A stretch of 60,988 nt of DNA, filler included, from Circinaria calcarea (taxonomy: Eukaryota): assembly GCA_051942165.1 (NCBI GenBank). It is 10 parts of 10 records of this genome, joined end to end, with 100 filler letters (N's around TTAATTAATTAA, not from the genome) between each part and the next. Parts side by side here need not be neighbours in the genome. Positions count along the whole stretch, not along the records: positions 36,677 to 42,681 come from JAVECS010001706.1; positions 42,782 to 48,785 come from JAVECS010001707.1; positions 48,886 to 54,887 come from JAVECS010001708.1; 7 more parts are not named here. One strand, given 5' to 3'. A model generated the notes under the pieces. That model searched no databases and was not told the origin of the DNA. It saw only the letters and a list, made by a program, of their open reading frames with translations. The translations under genes and the position numbers were made by a program. Positions 38,115 to 52,400 of this stretch are shown here, piece after piece; the stretch's first letter is position 1; every line of letters starts with the position of its first letter.

Positions 38115-41056
38115 AATGTGAGAAGGGTAAGAGGCGCTGTTGTGGGTCAAATATCATAACTTTGGAATGTTGAAGAGGACGAAGATATAAGAAAGTCATA
38201 AGTTCCGGGCTCGACTTGCCACAGTTGCACAAAACTTAAGCCACACGGAGGAGTGAAATGTGGAGGAGACGATTGGAGATAACTGGAATCAGGTTATCGG
38301 GCCAAACGTGAGACAACTCCCAGGGTCATAGGCTGATAACTGAAAGAGTCGAACCAATACCCCTTGCATTGACTTGCAGGAAGAGCATCGATGCGGGATG
38401 AGATCGGATGCGGCCATGACAATCGATTGGGCCATGCGTAGGCGACATGGGCTCCCCGCAGCATTGGCCACCACCCATTGAGCTTAGGAGCGAGGAAGCA
38501 CGATAATGGGAATACGAAAGGCCCATTTTGAGGAGCCAAGGAGAGTTTCCTGTTAGACTCGACCCTCTTCGCCATCGTCGCCGAGAGGAAATGAGTAGGG
38601 ATCGGCCCGTCCGCCATTCCTTCCCCTGACAATAGTTGCTGGACCAATGAATAACTCCCCATCACGAGACCCAAACCACCCCATCAGCGGCGTCAGTCAA
38701 TGGCTTCGTCAAGCAACCTCTGCAGTGCGACACGACTCCCAATGTACCTGCATTCGGAGTGGTGTGCGAAAGTGCATAGCATAGGGTGAAAGCACGATGA
38801 TGCGAAAAAGCACCAGGAGAGAAGTCATGGGGGATGGGGTACGGAGGGGGGTAGGTCGAACTCGAAGCTGCGAGCAATGCGGAGGCAACTAGGCCTTCCC
38901 GACTGGGAAAAGAGTTTCGCTGGCTGGAACTTGGAGCCACGCTGATTGGTATTGCATGACGCCTCGATGATTCCCTTTTCGGTCTGCACGAAGTCGAGAA
39001 GTGTTAGGCGCATAAAGAGGCTTCATCGCATGTCGGGCTAGGGAAAGCTTCCGCTGTCGGAAAGGCTCAGTCCTGTCAAGATGTCGCCATGGCTGGTTCG
39101 GGAGGTGTCTTTTGACTCGGTCGAGGTTAGTTGGAGGAGGTTAATGCGATCAAAACGATGCTACGCCTTGGCACTTGGCACCACGGCACCGTTATTCTGA
39201 CGAGAAATTCTCCCGCCCGTTGGAGCGGGAGGTAAAGCTCGCAATGCGTCTATCTCGAAGGAGGCGGAAGCGTCCAGAAGAAACGCCGAGCGGATTAAGC
39301 GACGTTGGCGAGCCGAAAGGGTGATAGGATTCGAGGCTAGCGCCAGGTATTTACCAACCACAAACCCCCAGCTGAAGTTATATACGATGGGCATACGCAC
39401 TTCGCACCGATTATAGAAAGGAGTGGGGCGGGGAGCGAATGCTAGGACAAGAGCAATTTCGCAGCCAGTAACGGCCGCTGATGATCTTTTCGAGGGTGTG
39501 AAGTAATTACTGATTCAACCTACCGATTCCTTACATTGGAATACGCAGTTACGTATTGTATAAAAGCTGCAGGACGCCCGATACTTTTGAACCAAGCGCT
39601 TGAAGGCACAACAGAATGATAACGGGAGAACTCTTCGCTTGATAATCTTGCATTCGGTTCGTCGTCTACATAATCATTAGTGTTTAGTTGTGCATCCGAT
39701 CTGCATCCGATCTGCTATCAGCTGCAACTTATTGGATTCTGACAGTACGCCGTAAAGGCTGGAGAGTGACCTCAGTAACTCAAATTCTTGACCGCAACCA
39801 CCGAAAGATCTTGCATACATGATGCGCCATCTAGTCCAAGGTTGAGGAACAAAGTGCAGCCTGGTTGGCATCGCTCTCGTCGTCTTCATACGAGTAATCG
39901 GCTTTTATTGAAGACTTGAGAAAATCAGATGATCCTGGCTTACGTAACCGCAACCTTCAATGTACCTTTTACGCTTTGTATGAGATCTATGGGTGTTAGG
40001 ATTGGGAATGATTTCCAGAACCTGGAGATAGTCTAATCGGGATGGGCATTCAGAACGGGAGGAAGTCTTGGGCATGTTCTTGCTTAGCCGAACGAGACCC
40101 CCGACAGTTTTCTGCCTTGGTGACACGGGCCAACTTGAACTGCATTGATAAGCAGTTGTAGAATGCGTAGATCGTCATGACTCTCGGAGATTTGGAATAT
40201 GCATATGCCAGGAGATATGTAGCTAGAGTGGCTAATGTAGGATATCCCGTAAACTTTTGGACAAAGAATCCTGACGTTCCCATTTTGTTGACTGGTGTTT
40301 ATACCCCGGGGAGTGAGGATCGAGTAAGCACCTTTAGGTGACCGAGAAACGAAATGGGACATAAGTCATGGCTCGGCTGTTAAGAGAAGCGCTGCATTGC
40401 TGACCTGAAGACCTGAAGACCACAGGGTTTCCCCGTGACCGACATGGTCTCTCTGAGGAGACAATGTACCGTCAACTTGAGGGCGAATATGGAATAAGCC
40501 CTTCCAATACAGCAAAGGCTAGGAGGCGATGCTTCACTACTTCAGATTCCATGGATTTGGGTACAGCTGTAGCATAGAATAGTAGTCATACAGGATCAAA
40601 GGCCTATAAGTTAAAATAAATCTGATAGGCGTCAATAGTATTCTCCAGGGGATAATAGTGGTGGTAGCTTGCTGGACCTGTATTTCTGGTCACGAAATTG
40701 GCGTAGGTCCGAGGGGTCCCTTTGTTTAGGCTTTTCCAAGGATTTCCAAACCGAAAACAGAGAGGTCCGTGAAGTCAAACCGGTCGTCTTTGATTGTATG
40801 ATGGTCGCTCTTCCCAAAGGATACGACGGACGAGGAAATCATTTCACGACAGATACTTACTGAAATAGCGGCTCAGGGCTCGGGCCGAAGTTTGGCGCTA
40901 GTACGGAGTACCCTCCGGACGGAAGGTGGGCGATTTACCCCGTAACCCGTACCGCGATACGCAACCTAGGGATGATCGAACATCCCTTTCGCTGCTGAGA
41001 TCTTTACTCCGATAAAATTCCCAATCATCCATCCACCTCCTCTAAGGAGAGGCAAC

Positions 41057-42681
41057 ATGCGCAGGGTGAAGATCTTCGCGGGCTCCTCTCATCCACTCCT
41101 GACGGAAGCCATTTGCGAACGCTTGGGCACTCAACCGGCCAGCTGCGAATTGAAGAAATTCAGCAATGGCGAGACCAACGTGAGCATCAACACTTCGATC
41201 CGGGATCAGGATGTCTTCATTGTGCAGAGTGGCAGCACCAGGATCAACGACAGCGTCATGGAACTCCTCATCATGATCTCGGCCTGCAAAGGCAGTTCCG
41301 CCAGATCCATCACCGGTCAGTCCGCCACTGGACTCGCCGAGCAAGACTGACAGCTGCAGCGGTGATGCCGTGAGTATTCCACACCTTGGCTGGTAACTGT
41401 CGCTCAAGAAGCTGAACGCTCCTGTAGCTATTTCCCCTATTCTCGCCAATCGAAGAAGAAGTCGCACAGAGGTGCCATCACTGCAAGGATGCTGGCGAAC
41501 CTGCTTTCGGTCGCCGGTGTGCAGCATGTAATCACTGTTGATCTGCATGTCAGGATAAACTTTATATATTGACACGATACCGGAAGCTAACGGGATATAT
41601 AACGATAGGCATCCCCGATGCAAGGGTTCTTCGGAAAGCCTGTCGACAATGTATATGCCGAGCCTCTCATCGCACGATGGATCCGAAACAATGTGCCCGA
41701 TTGGAAAGAGGCTGTCGTTGTCAGCAAGAACCCGGGCGGAACCAAACGTGTGACATCACTTGCAGACGCTTTGAAGTTGAACTTTGGCATTGTTACCACC
41801 GACCGCCGAAGGTCGCCGGTGAATGGCGGTAACTCAATGGAAACCAGTACAATCTTTGCCAACATGGTTGATGGCGCACATGATACACAAGGCAAGCCAG
41901 CATCAGAACCGGAATCGGAACCCGATAATAACATTCAGGTGAGTCGAGGACCACCTGCGTTCGAATCGATATCACCAAGAAGGGAAGGCCATCGCGCTGG
42001 AAACCAACCGAGCATCACATCATATCCTGCTTTGCAGTCCCATCGCCTACCGGCGTCAAGTCCGCTGACGCAATCCACTCGGGTTGAATCAGAGTCACCT
42101 CCTCCGCCCAGATCACGTCCTCAGCGTAGCATGACGGCGCCAGTTTCCACCCAATTCCCGGACCCTGACGATATCACAGAGTATACTGACGAAAGGGCCC
42201 AAGAAGTCATCACAGGGCGCCTGTTTCAAGGCCACATCGTTGATGACGATTTCCCTTCTCCTATACTCTCGACAATGTCCGGCTCCATAACCCAATTCCA
42301 AGGAGAACAGCTCGGGTCATCTCACTTCGAGGATCGAGACCCAATGACTACTTCCTTCATGTCGACTGCTTCGTCTCACCAACCTAAAGACCAGGCGTTC
42401 GGTGCGTCTTATGACGCAGCAGCTTCGTCGGATGATGATGAAGAGAGCTTCAAAAACGCCGAACTGGAACAGACCATTACCCTCGTCGGAAATGTCAAAG
42501 ACCGAACCGTATTCATCATCGATGACATGATTGACAGATCCGGGTCCTGGGTTGCAGCGGCAGAAACCGTCGTCAAGCGGGGTAGGGCGACAAAGGTATA
42601 CTGCATAGCTACGCATGCAGTGTTTGGAGATGGATCTTTGGACGATATGGAGGACTGTCAGTGTATCGACTATATTGTGGT
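41057..42681 (+). CDS. PRS1: Ribose-phosphate pyrophosphokinase, Prs1-type with long internal non-homologous insertion; exons 41057-41315, 41360-41369, 41428-41548, 41609-contig end
   Basis: KKFSNGET, YFPYSRQSKKKSHRGAITARMLANLL, VSKNPGGTKRVTSLAD, TDRRRS followed by the insertion, then TLVGNVKDRTVFIIDDMID. Confidence 0.92.
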
Positions 42682-42781
42682 NNNNNNNNNNNNNNNNNNN
42701 NNNNNNNNNNNNNNNNNNNNNNNNNTTAATTAATTAANNNNNNNNNNNNNNNNNNNNNNNNNNNNNNNNNNNNNNNNNNNN
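42682..42781. other. Artificial contig linker
   Basis: 44 N + TTAATTAATTAA + 44 N. Confidence 0.99.
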
Positions 42782-43708
<927 letters not shown>

Positions 43709-43902
43709 AGACGTTACCGTTGTAAAATATGATACCTCAGGATGGCTTTTTGTGAATAGAGGTTAGGGAAGCATCAACCCTTAGGCCGTACTAGATCTCT
43801 GTTGTGTTCGTCGAATTTCCAAATGACGTATCGAGATCTTCTGGTCTACAATTGGAGGACTTCACAGTGCCAACAATCTTTCTCAATTGAACTTCTTCCG
43901 TC

Positions 43903-45123
43903 ATGGCAGATAAATACCTTCTACGGGTCACCGCAGGCCCCTCCTACGACCCCTCCACTCATCAAGTAGTCGCCGTGAACGGTCCCAATTCAACGCACAT
44001 ATCCTCTACTCACTGCACCGCCAATGTCAATGTTCGCATACAGAATTATCGCGGTAACCCATGATGTACTTATTCTCAAGTTAAAGCCTCGGTCTAACAA
44101 GTTTTTACCCAGGCCTACCCCGTGGCTCCCCCACCACCTCACCATATTTCTCCTCTGCCCCTCACACCCACGATCAATACAGCATTGCTTTCACCCTGAT
44201 CCCTCACACCACTGTTCCCGGAACCGCCCTGGTCTTCGGTAACGATTTCGACTACCCCGTTCGTGACCGTCTCCCGCCTGGCTTCAGCACGGCCTTCAAA
44301 ATTGTCAAATGGGCCATTGATCCTGGGCTCGATGGGGATATTTACTCTGATAAACCGTACCTCTATGGCCCCGCGCTGAGTAGTATCAATGTGTTGAGGG
44401 TTGGGGAGAAGGTTTCGAGGGAAGGAGAGGGGAAGGAAGGGGGCTGGAAAATTCCTAGCTATGGGCACGATGATGGAATTGAGGAAGGAGGTGATGGGGA
44501 TGGAGTAGAGGTCAGGGAAGAGGCTGGGATACCGGAGGATGCTGCGGCGAGGAAGAAGTGGTTTCTGGACGAGAAGAAGAGAGAAAGGTTCAATTGGGAG
44601 GAGGGAAGGGTTTACAGGGGAGATTTCTCTAATCCCTATCTAGATTTCAACAGTAAGGCCACCTCTGACAATTCCAAATGTAGAACCCTATTTGCGAGTT
44701 AGAGCGCTAATTTGATATGGTTGTCTAGACTTCGCATTAAAATTGCCCGGCTTCTCGCTATCGATGTTGAGATACCTCGATGGAAAAGATTCACTTCGGT
44801 ACGTCGATTCTTTCTGCCTTGTCTCTGCCTGAACCCTGTTGTGTACCGTTCTGCACGCCTTTCCTTCCAGTTATGGTTTACTTACCTGGATGATACCACC
44901 GCACTCACTGACGCATGCTCATAGGTATGTAATGAAGAATAGGGATACAGGCGATGTGTTCTTTGTGGTCGTTTTTACACTGGTTCCCAAAGACGAAGTA
45001 GATAAGACAGATCAAGCTGCTTTGGGTGGCAATTTAGAGAGTGGAACGAAGGGAGCCTCTGGAGAGAACCCAGCTGGAAGGGAAGAGGGAAAGTTCCAAC
45101 CACAAGACGATGATCTAGACTGA
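43903..45123 (+). CDS. DUF1769 (UPF0590) family protein, multi-exon
   Basis: MADKYLLRVTAGPSYD...VRIQNYR|GLP...LVFGNDFDYPVRDRLPPGF...IDPGLDGDIYSDKPYLYGPALSS...FSNPYLDFN|DFALKLPGF...|RYVMKNRDTGDVFFVVVF. Confidence 0.85.
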
Positions 45124-45402
45124 AAGATAGACATAGCTAAACTTTTTGTAGCCTAATGTCTCCATCTCGTATGTGATATCATGCTTGCTCGACCAAATGA
45201 CTCTCTCGAAATGACGAGCTCGCCTTTCCAGTAGAGGCCAACATGTAATCTGAATCGAAATTACGTGCATGATGAAGAAGGCGAAGCTAGGACGCCGCGA
45301 ACGCCTCGACCCCGTAAGAGATTCCGATATACGCCTTGCGCCTATGCCACTTCTTGACCAACGATGCCACCACCCTCCTTACTCGACGCCCTGATTGAAC
45401 TA

Positions 45403-45870
45403 TCATCGCTTCCTCTCAAACCACGAGCTCGCGCTCAGTATGGCCACGCTTTGATCCATCACCCATTCTCCCATCCCAAGGTAGTTGTCGACCCACTTTT
45501 TCAGTTCTTTGCTTTCAGATATCTTTTCCGATTTCATACTAGGGCTGAGGTCCCGGAGGAATGGGATTTGTTAGCTAGTTTTCGGCTTGCAGGATATGGT
45601 CTGGACAGCACGGAAATAAACGGAAGGCTTATGGGGGAAAACGGAGAGAAGGGGAGGGAGTGCATCGTACGTTAAACCGGTAGACCGCTTGACTCCGGCG
45701 AGAAAAGCGGATACTGTGTGATATTAGCACATGGACTGTGCACATTTGCTTGAAGAGGACTCATACATAAAATAGCATCAAAAGCGTAATGGGTAAGACG
45801 TCCAAGCTAGGTGATTTAAGGTCAGTCAGAGGTTTCTTGTTACAATTCTGGGGGGGATGCTCACCACCAT
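45403..45870 (-). CDS. Small DUF1748-family protein (~76 aa, 4 exons); absent from the ORF track
   Basis: Manual splicing gives MV|LGRLTHYAFDAIL|LSAFLAGVKRSTGLT|PSMKSEKISESKELKKWVDNYLGMGEWVMDQSVAILSASSWFERKR*. Confidence 0.85.
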
Positions 45871-46363
45871 AGTCAGAACTGAAGATTTTTATAGCAGGAA
45901 CGCCCGTTGACTGCAATCTGTAAGCTGATGATCTTGTCGAGCAATCTTTACGGGCGGTGACCGTCAATATGTTTCTCAATACCTTTGATCACCCGTATCT
46001 TTAGCTGCGAGGTCGACAAGATTCGGCATTTTATTATTCCGGTGCTTATCGGGCCGTCTTTATAACCGTTATCGATAAACGGATCAACGGAAGGACTCTT
46101 CGGGCAATCGGGGCTTGGAGCTCAACCAGCTCAACTCTCGGAGAAGCTCAACACTCGAAGAACTCCGAGGAATATTGAGCCCACGCCCAACTGACGTCTA
46201 CGGCCATATTCAATACTTGAATAATCAATTGGTTGAGTCCTTCGTGCTCGGACATAGTAAGTAATTTACCTCCCGTATCATTTTCTGTTGCCGAGCTCAA
46301 GACAAGGTAATCACTTCCTGATCATAATACTGATATAAATTCATAGGTACTCCAACCGCCAAC

Positions 46364-48328
46364 ATGGCGAACTCCCTTGATCATATGTCGACCCGTACTC
46401 GAATGGAGTGGCTCTCTGGACTCAATACGGAGTTCCGTCCAGCTAAGGTATACCGGCGTACTTCGATCATTGGGACCATAGGTTAGTCAACACAATCTGC
46501 ACAGGAGTTTACAGTTGTTGATACCGTGTGAAACAGGTCCAAAAACCAACTCCGTAGACAGGATCAATGATCTGCGCAAAGGTAAATGTAGGCGTCTTAG
46601 TTTCGGCTATCCTTGCTAACGATTCTACTCAGCTGGCCTCAACGTTGTCCGAATGAACTTTTCTCATGGCTCGTATGAGGTACGTAGCGCCTGAGGCCTT
46701 CCCTGTTATGAAGGCTAATTGATTGCCTCCCAGTATCACCAGTCCGTCGTCGATCATGCCAAGGAGGCCGAGCGCGTTCAGCCTGGACGTCCTCTAGCCG
46801 TCGCCCTAGATACAGTTAGTACCAAGGCAGCTTCCAATCCCCCACGATATCAAGCTTACACTTTTGTTGCGTAGAAAGGTCCAGAGATCCGTACCGGAAA
46901 TACCGTGGGCGACGCAGATATTCCAATCTCGGCCAACACAGAACTGAATATTACAACGGATGAGAAATACGCAACCGCTTCTGATGAGAAGAACATGTAA
47001 GGCTTTAAGACCTTTAATTTCATTACAGTGCTTACGTCTTTGACATCAGGTACGTTGATTACAAGAATATTACCAAGGTCATCGAAGCTGGCCGAACCAT
47101 CTATGTTGATGATGGTATCCTTGCATTTGAGGTTCTTAAGATCGTCGATGATAAGACTCTCCGTGTCAAATGCATTAACAATGGCAAAATCTCTTCAAAG
47201 AAGGGTGTCAACCTTCCAAAAACCGATGTCGATCTCCCTGCACTATCAGAGAAGGACAAGAATGACCTTCGATTCGGGGTCAAGAACAAGGTTGATATGG
47301 TCTTTGCTTCTTTCATCCGCCGTGGTAGCGACATCACCGCTATCCGTGAAGTGCTCGGGGAAGATGGTAAAGATATCCAGATCATTGCCAAGATCGAGAA
47401 CCAGCAGGGTGTAAACAATTTTGATGAAATTCTCAAGGAGACCGATGGAGTCATGGTGGCTCGCGGTGACCTTGGTATTGAAATTGCTCCTGCTCAGGTA
47501 TTCATCGCTCAGAAGATGATGATTGCAAAATGCAACCTCGCGGGGAAGCCCGTCATATGTGCTACTCAGATGCTCGAATCTATGACCAATAATCCCCGTC
47601 CTACTCGTGCCGAGGTAAGCGACGTTGGTAACGCAGTCCTGGATGGAGCAGATTGTGTCATGTTGTCGGGTGAAACGGCAAAGGGCAACTATCCTCGTGA
47701 GTCGGTAGCCATGATGCACGAAACTTGTCTCTTGGCAGAAATCGCTATTCCCTACGTCAATCTGTTCGACGAGCTTCGAAGCTTGGCACCAAGGCCTGTT
47801 GAAGTCGCTGAGACGTCCGCTATGGCGGCGGTCAGTTCTAGCTTGGAACTGACCGCAGGTGCTATTCTTGTCTTGACTACAACGTAAGGGGTAGAGCGGT
47901 ATTGTATCCAATAATTGAGTCACTGACAGTTTCGTAGTGGACACACCGCCCGCTTGATCTCAAAATATCGTCCTGTATGTCCAATCATCATGGTCACGCG
48001 GAATGAAACTGCTTCTCGCGTAAGTCAATCGCGATTAATGCCCCTGACGAGCTTTATTGACAGCTAATGTTATGACCAGTACTCCCATTTGTATCGTGGC
48101 GTCTATCCATTCCTGTTTCCAGAGAAGAAGCCGGACTTCAAGGAGATAATCTGGCAGGAAGATGTCGACCGTCGGCTCAAGTTTGGTATCGCAGAGGCAA
48201 TCAAGCTGGGGATTCTTTCCAAGGGCGATGCGGTTGTCTGCGTCCAGGGGTGGAAAGGCGGAATGGGCCACACGAATACTATGCGCATCGTGCCCGCAGA
48301 GGAGGACCTAGGACTTGCGACGGAGTAA
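46364..48328 (+). CDS. pkiA: Pyruvate kinase, 8 coding exons (plus probable 5'UTR intron ~46257-46346)
   Basis: [70 protein letters not shown]...[11 protein letters not shown] and MLSGETAKG. Confidence 0.97.
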
Positions 48329-48785
48329 ACAGGACTCGCTGGGGATACATTGGTACTAAAGATTAGATGAATCCTGATGATGATTTGCATGCTGAGCAAC
48401 GATATTTGTACGTATGATGAAAAGCTAGGAGGAGCTTATAACCACAAAGCTATTCTTGGAGCAGGTAGATAAATGCCATTGTTATTGATGTGTTTGCAAA
48501 ACATGTAGTGAGGTGAAGCGAAATGAATAGAAACACCCGGCAGCAAACATCTAACGGGCTCCCGTTGCGCTGAGCTGGTGAACCGAGTGATGGAGGTTTA
48601 CACATACGTGATAAACATATAATCCCTATACATTGACTGAAATTATTTTTCCTTGTACAATGGCACGACTCGTACATGTTCCTATATACCCAAAAGTAAC
48701 GACCGATCAGTCAATATTTTAATCCTCCAGATCCCCGTCACAATCCAACCCTCGTCGCCACCCACTCCAACCACCCCTTCACCAG

Positions 48786-48885
48786 NNNNNNNNNNNNNNN
48801 NNNNNNNNNNNNNNNNNNNNNNNNNNNNNTTAATTAATTAANNNNNNNNNNNNNNNNNNNNNNNNNNNNNNNNNNNNNNNNNNNN
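48786..48885. other. Artificial contig linker
   Basis: 44 N + TTAATTAATTAA + 44 N. Confidence 0.99.
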
Positions 48886-49441
48886 GTGAAGAGGAGAGAG
48901 AAGAGAGAGAAAAAAAGGGGGGGGGGGTGGTTTGGTTTTATTTTCGTGTGGAAATTCCAAAGGTAGATCTTGCCTACGTAGCAAAAGGAATGAGAATGAG
49001 AATGAAAACGGAAATCCGATTTCTTCAAGCTGAAAAAAAAAAATAAGACGGGGGCTTTTGTCCACATGATAATTAGAATTTCTGCCCACCCCGTCGTCAC
49101 CATTGGTCGATCTTCATATCTCCTCAGTTTTGAGAGAGGGAGAGAGAGAGAGCTGGAAGCAGAGAAAATTTCAGTTACAGTGTCTTTCTTGAAATCTCTG
49201 TCCTGGTTCGTAGCCTCTTTGATATATTTAGTGTTATATTTAAGAACATCTAGCAGGTTCTTGTAATTCAGGGGACGACTCCCCTTTACATGTCTCCCGT
49301 GTCGGACACTACCAGCGATGAGGCTCTCATCCTATAATGATCTTTTGCCAAACACCGATCTCCCTCTCCGTCTGACAAATTTGAGACACAAGAAACAAGA
49401 TCCAGCTCTCTCCCGGTATGCTTACTTGACTTGAGTGGCAA

Positions 49442-52400
49442 TCAAACAAGCCCCAATCCAAGCCGAATCCCTTCTCCCCCACCCTTGTCGTCACTGGCCC
49501 CAGCGCCCAAGTTCTTCTTCTCCTCCCTTATCCTCCTCCCCTCCATCAAGCCCCTTAACCCCCTTTTTTGCAATCCAACTACACAGCTCACCTCTCCACT
49601 CCAAACTTCCTCTTCGCCGATGCCGTTTATTCCCAGATAGTCATGTCCGTCTAGCACACTGCTGGCGGACGTTGAGCTTGCAGCCCCGCTGACACTGCTG
49701 CCATCATCTTCACTCTCCTGTGCTCTCGACTCCTGCTTGCTTGGTGACAAATTGTGGTGAATACCGTTACGATAAGGGAGTGCAGTGTCAATACGAAGTC
49801 CGTTTCGGCTAGTGCTTGTTCCCATGTGACCATTTGTTTGCCCGTTTTCAAGGCCTCCTGCTTCGCTGACATTGATTTCCTCGCCGAAATCGGTTAATTG
49901 TGATCCTCCGAAGCGATCGAACCCGGTCCCTCTCCCACCCCCAGCCGCCATAGCGCTGGCGTTGAAGACGGCCGCAGCATTCCTACCATCCATGACTTGA
50001 TGCAGTCTCTCAACCACTGCTTCGAGAAGGCCGTCTATTCGGTACGGCCCCGCCAGCTGTAAGAGCGAACACAAGATCTGCGGAGTGCTTAGGTGGTGTG
50101 TTGGGGGTGGGAGGGAGGATGTATAGAAGTAGTGTAGGAGGGCATGTAACGTTAGAGATGTGTGGGGGAGGAAAAGAGCACGGGAACGAGATGACGGGGG
50201 AATCGTGGAGGGTGTAGGAGGGTCATAGGGTATGCTAGCGTTTGGACAAGAGGAATTGGACGCATGATTCGTGGCACCGTTCGTTGTCGAAGCGGAAGAA
50301 GAGTTAGTTGCTGTGATCATAGAAGTAGAGGCCGAAGAATACATGGTACCGATAGTAGGCGTAATGGTAATAGAAGAGTTGCGAGAGTTGTCATGCGTAG
50401 GTGGACAGAGGGTGGCAACCTCGGACGATCCGCTGTCGCCCGAATTATTCTTGGATGAAGGTGTAAGAGTACCTTCCCGGAGAAGATGGACAAAATACGG
50501 ACCCCACCGCCGAGAGAGGATCTGTGAGTTTACAGCGATGCGTTCACCAGTCAATGCAACGAGATCCATGTCCGCAAGTTCACGCAACCCCATGGCCATT
50601 TGGCCGAGTTCTTTAGCAGCGGCGTAGTATGGTCGACCACCTGCAGTCAAGCTTGGGGATTTGGGGGAGAGGGGGGAAGGTAGAATTGGAGCGCTGATAG
50701 AAGTATAGGAAGAAGTCGGTGCGATTTGGCGAGGATTGTCATAGAGGCCAAAGGCCTCAAGCTCAACTATGCAGAGGTTGGAAAAGTTGATCCGGCGGTG
50801 ATTATAATCTTCCACAAGGCTTCGTTTGCGATTGCCAAGAATAACAAAGCTATTTCGACGAGGCCAGAGTATACCCCTGTTCCAGCTTCCTTGACTGAAT
50901 GTACTGCCACTCGCGTCGATACGACTCCACGTCAGATTTTTCAAATCCAAGGCCCAGAGCGCGTATTCCTGCTTAGAGGACGTTAGGTATGTCCCACTGA
51001 CAACAAAATGATTGTCCAGGATGCCTCCATTTGGAAATCGCAACCCAGGAGGCGAGAAGGGACCTTGCATGGCTTTTTCGGTCATAGAGCCATCAGAACG
51101 ACGAACTTGCAGCTCAAGCTTAACATCTAAGAAGTTGTAGTTGGAATATATCAACATCGACGAGGAATGGTCTGTAGCATCCTTGCTCCGCCTTACCCCT
51201 TTACCGTCATCCACTTCTGTTCCTTTGCCAATTCTTGAAGCTGGTAAGGTTATAAGAGGTGCGACCACGCTCCTATATGCACCACAACTTCTGCCAAGAC
51301 TGTGGGTGGCGGTCCACTTCAAGCTTCTTAGGTTGAACACACTAACTTGCTCGATGTAGTGATTCGCACTGTCTTGGCCTCCAACGACGACCATCTCTGC
51401 GCCCCCAGTACCATCAAGAGCTACGCCGATAGTACCTTGATTTGGATTAGTTGACGAAGGATTGTGATGTATCGCAGAAAGTGGCGCGTTGGCAGAGGTG
51501 AATACAGCAGATGAGGGTAGTACAGTGGCACAGTGAGCATACCGTCCCTGAGGATTATCTACTGTAGGAATGTGAGTCCAGGTCTGTGTGGGGACGTCAT
51601 ACACATGTATATCCGACATGACAACCACTTCAGGTTGCTGATCCGCAGAGTTGGATGGTTGTTGGGGTACATTGCCATGAGCTGGGGACATGCCACCATA
51701 GCAGACTAGCTTATTGTCGCCTAATGCGCAGACACTGTGGAAGTATCGGGGTTGGGGTATGTTCCCACGAGTCTCGATCTTCGTCCAGTGCCGCCGGACG
51801 AGGTCCAGTACATACAAGTCTGACGTAAGCTGTGTTCGCCGTCGAGAAAGCTTCCGGCCACCAAACACATACAATTTATCTCCCAGAATAGTTGTGGTCG
51901 CTCCTACCAGAGCATGGGGCTCTTTCCCTGTGCATTTATGGACATTGCAGACCATCCCTGAAAGATTGGTGGTTCCAGGCATCGGCTGCATATGCTGACC
52001 ACTAGCAGACATGGAGATACCAGCATATGTACCGCTTTCACCAGTCCTCGAGGGCCTCGAAGGTTGCTCATGTTGGTAACTAGACTCCTTGCTCATGTCA
52101 TTGTTCAAGCTTGTCTGGCTACCGGCCATCCCCGGGACGTACGTGGTCGATGATGGCTTGGGGTTTCCACCATGGATCTGGGTGGGAGAAGGAGCCGAGA
52201 CATTTGAGTCGAGTGTGCTTGCCCTACTCCGACCCGTGGTAGGTGGTGACATGCTCAATGGCGGAGTCGGCGGACTCCTAAGCGTCAGTGGTAACGAATG
52301 CAGTGTACTAGACCCACTGCTCGAGGGAGTCAGGGGCAAAAGGCAGCACGGTTGAGCGTACGCTGGAATAATGATTGGTATATGCCTTGGTCGTCGTGAG

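Noticed and set aside
38200..41000. Short ORFs between the PTH11-like gene and PRS1
   Set aside because: None has recognisable motifs or a consistent splice model. Treated as intergenic.
44879..44889. TACTTACCTGG matching the U1 snRNA 5' end
   Set aside because: Lies inside a short intron of the DUF1769 gene, with no U1 stem-loops or Sm site following.
47246..47944. 232-aa antisense ORF over pyruvate kinase (and similar shadow ORFs over PRS1, LYS12 and ral2)
   Set aside because: Antisense shadows of codon-biased genes with no independent coding signal.
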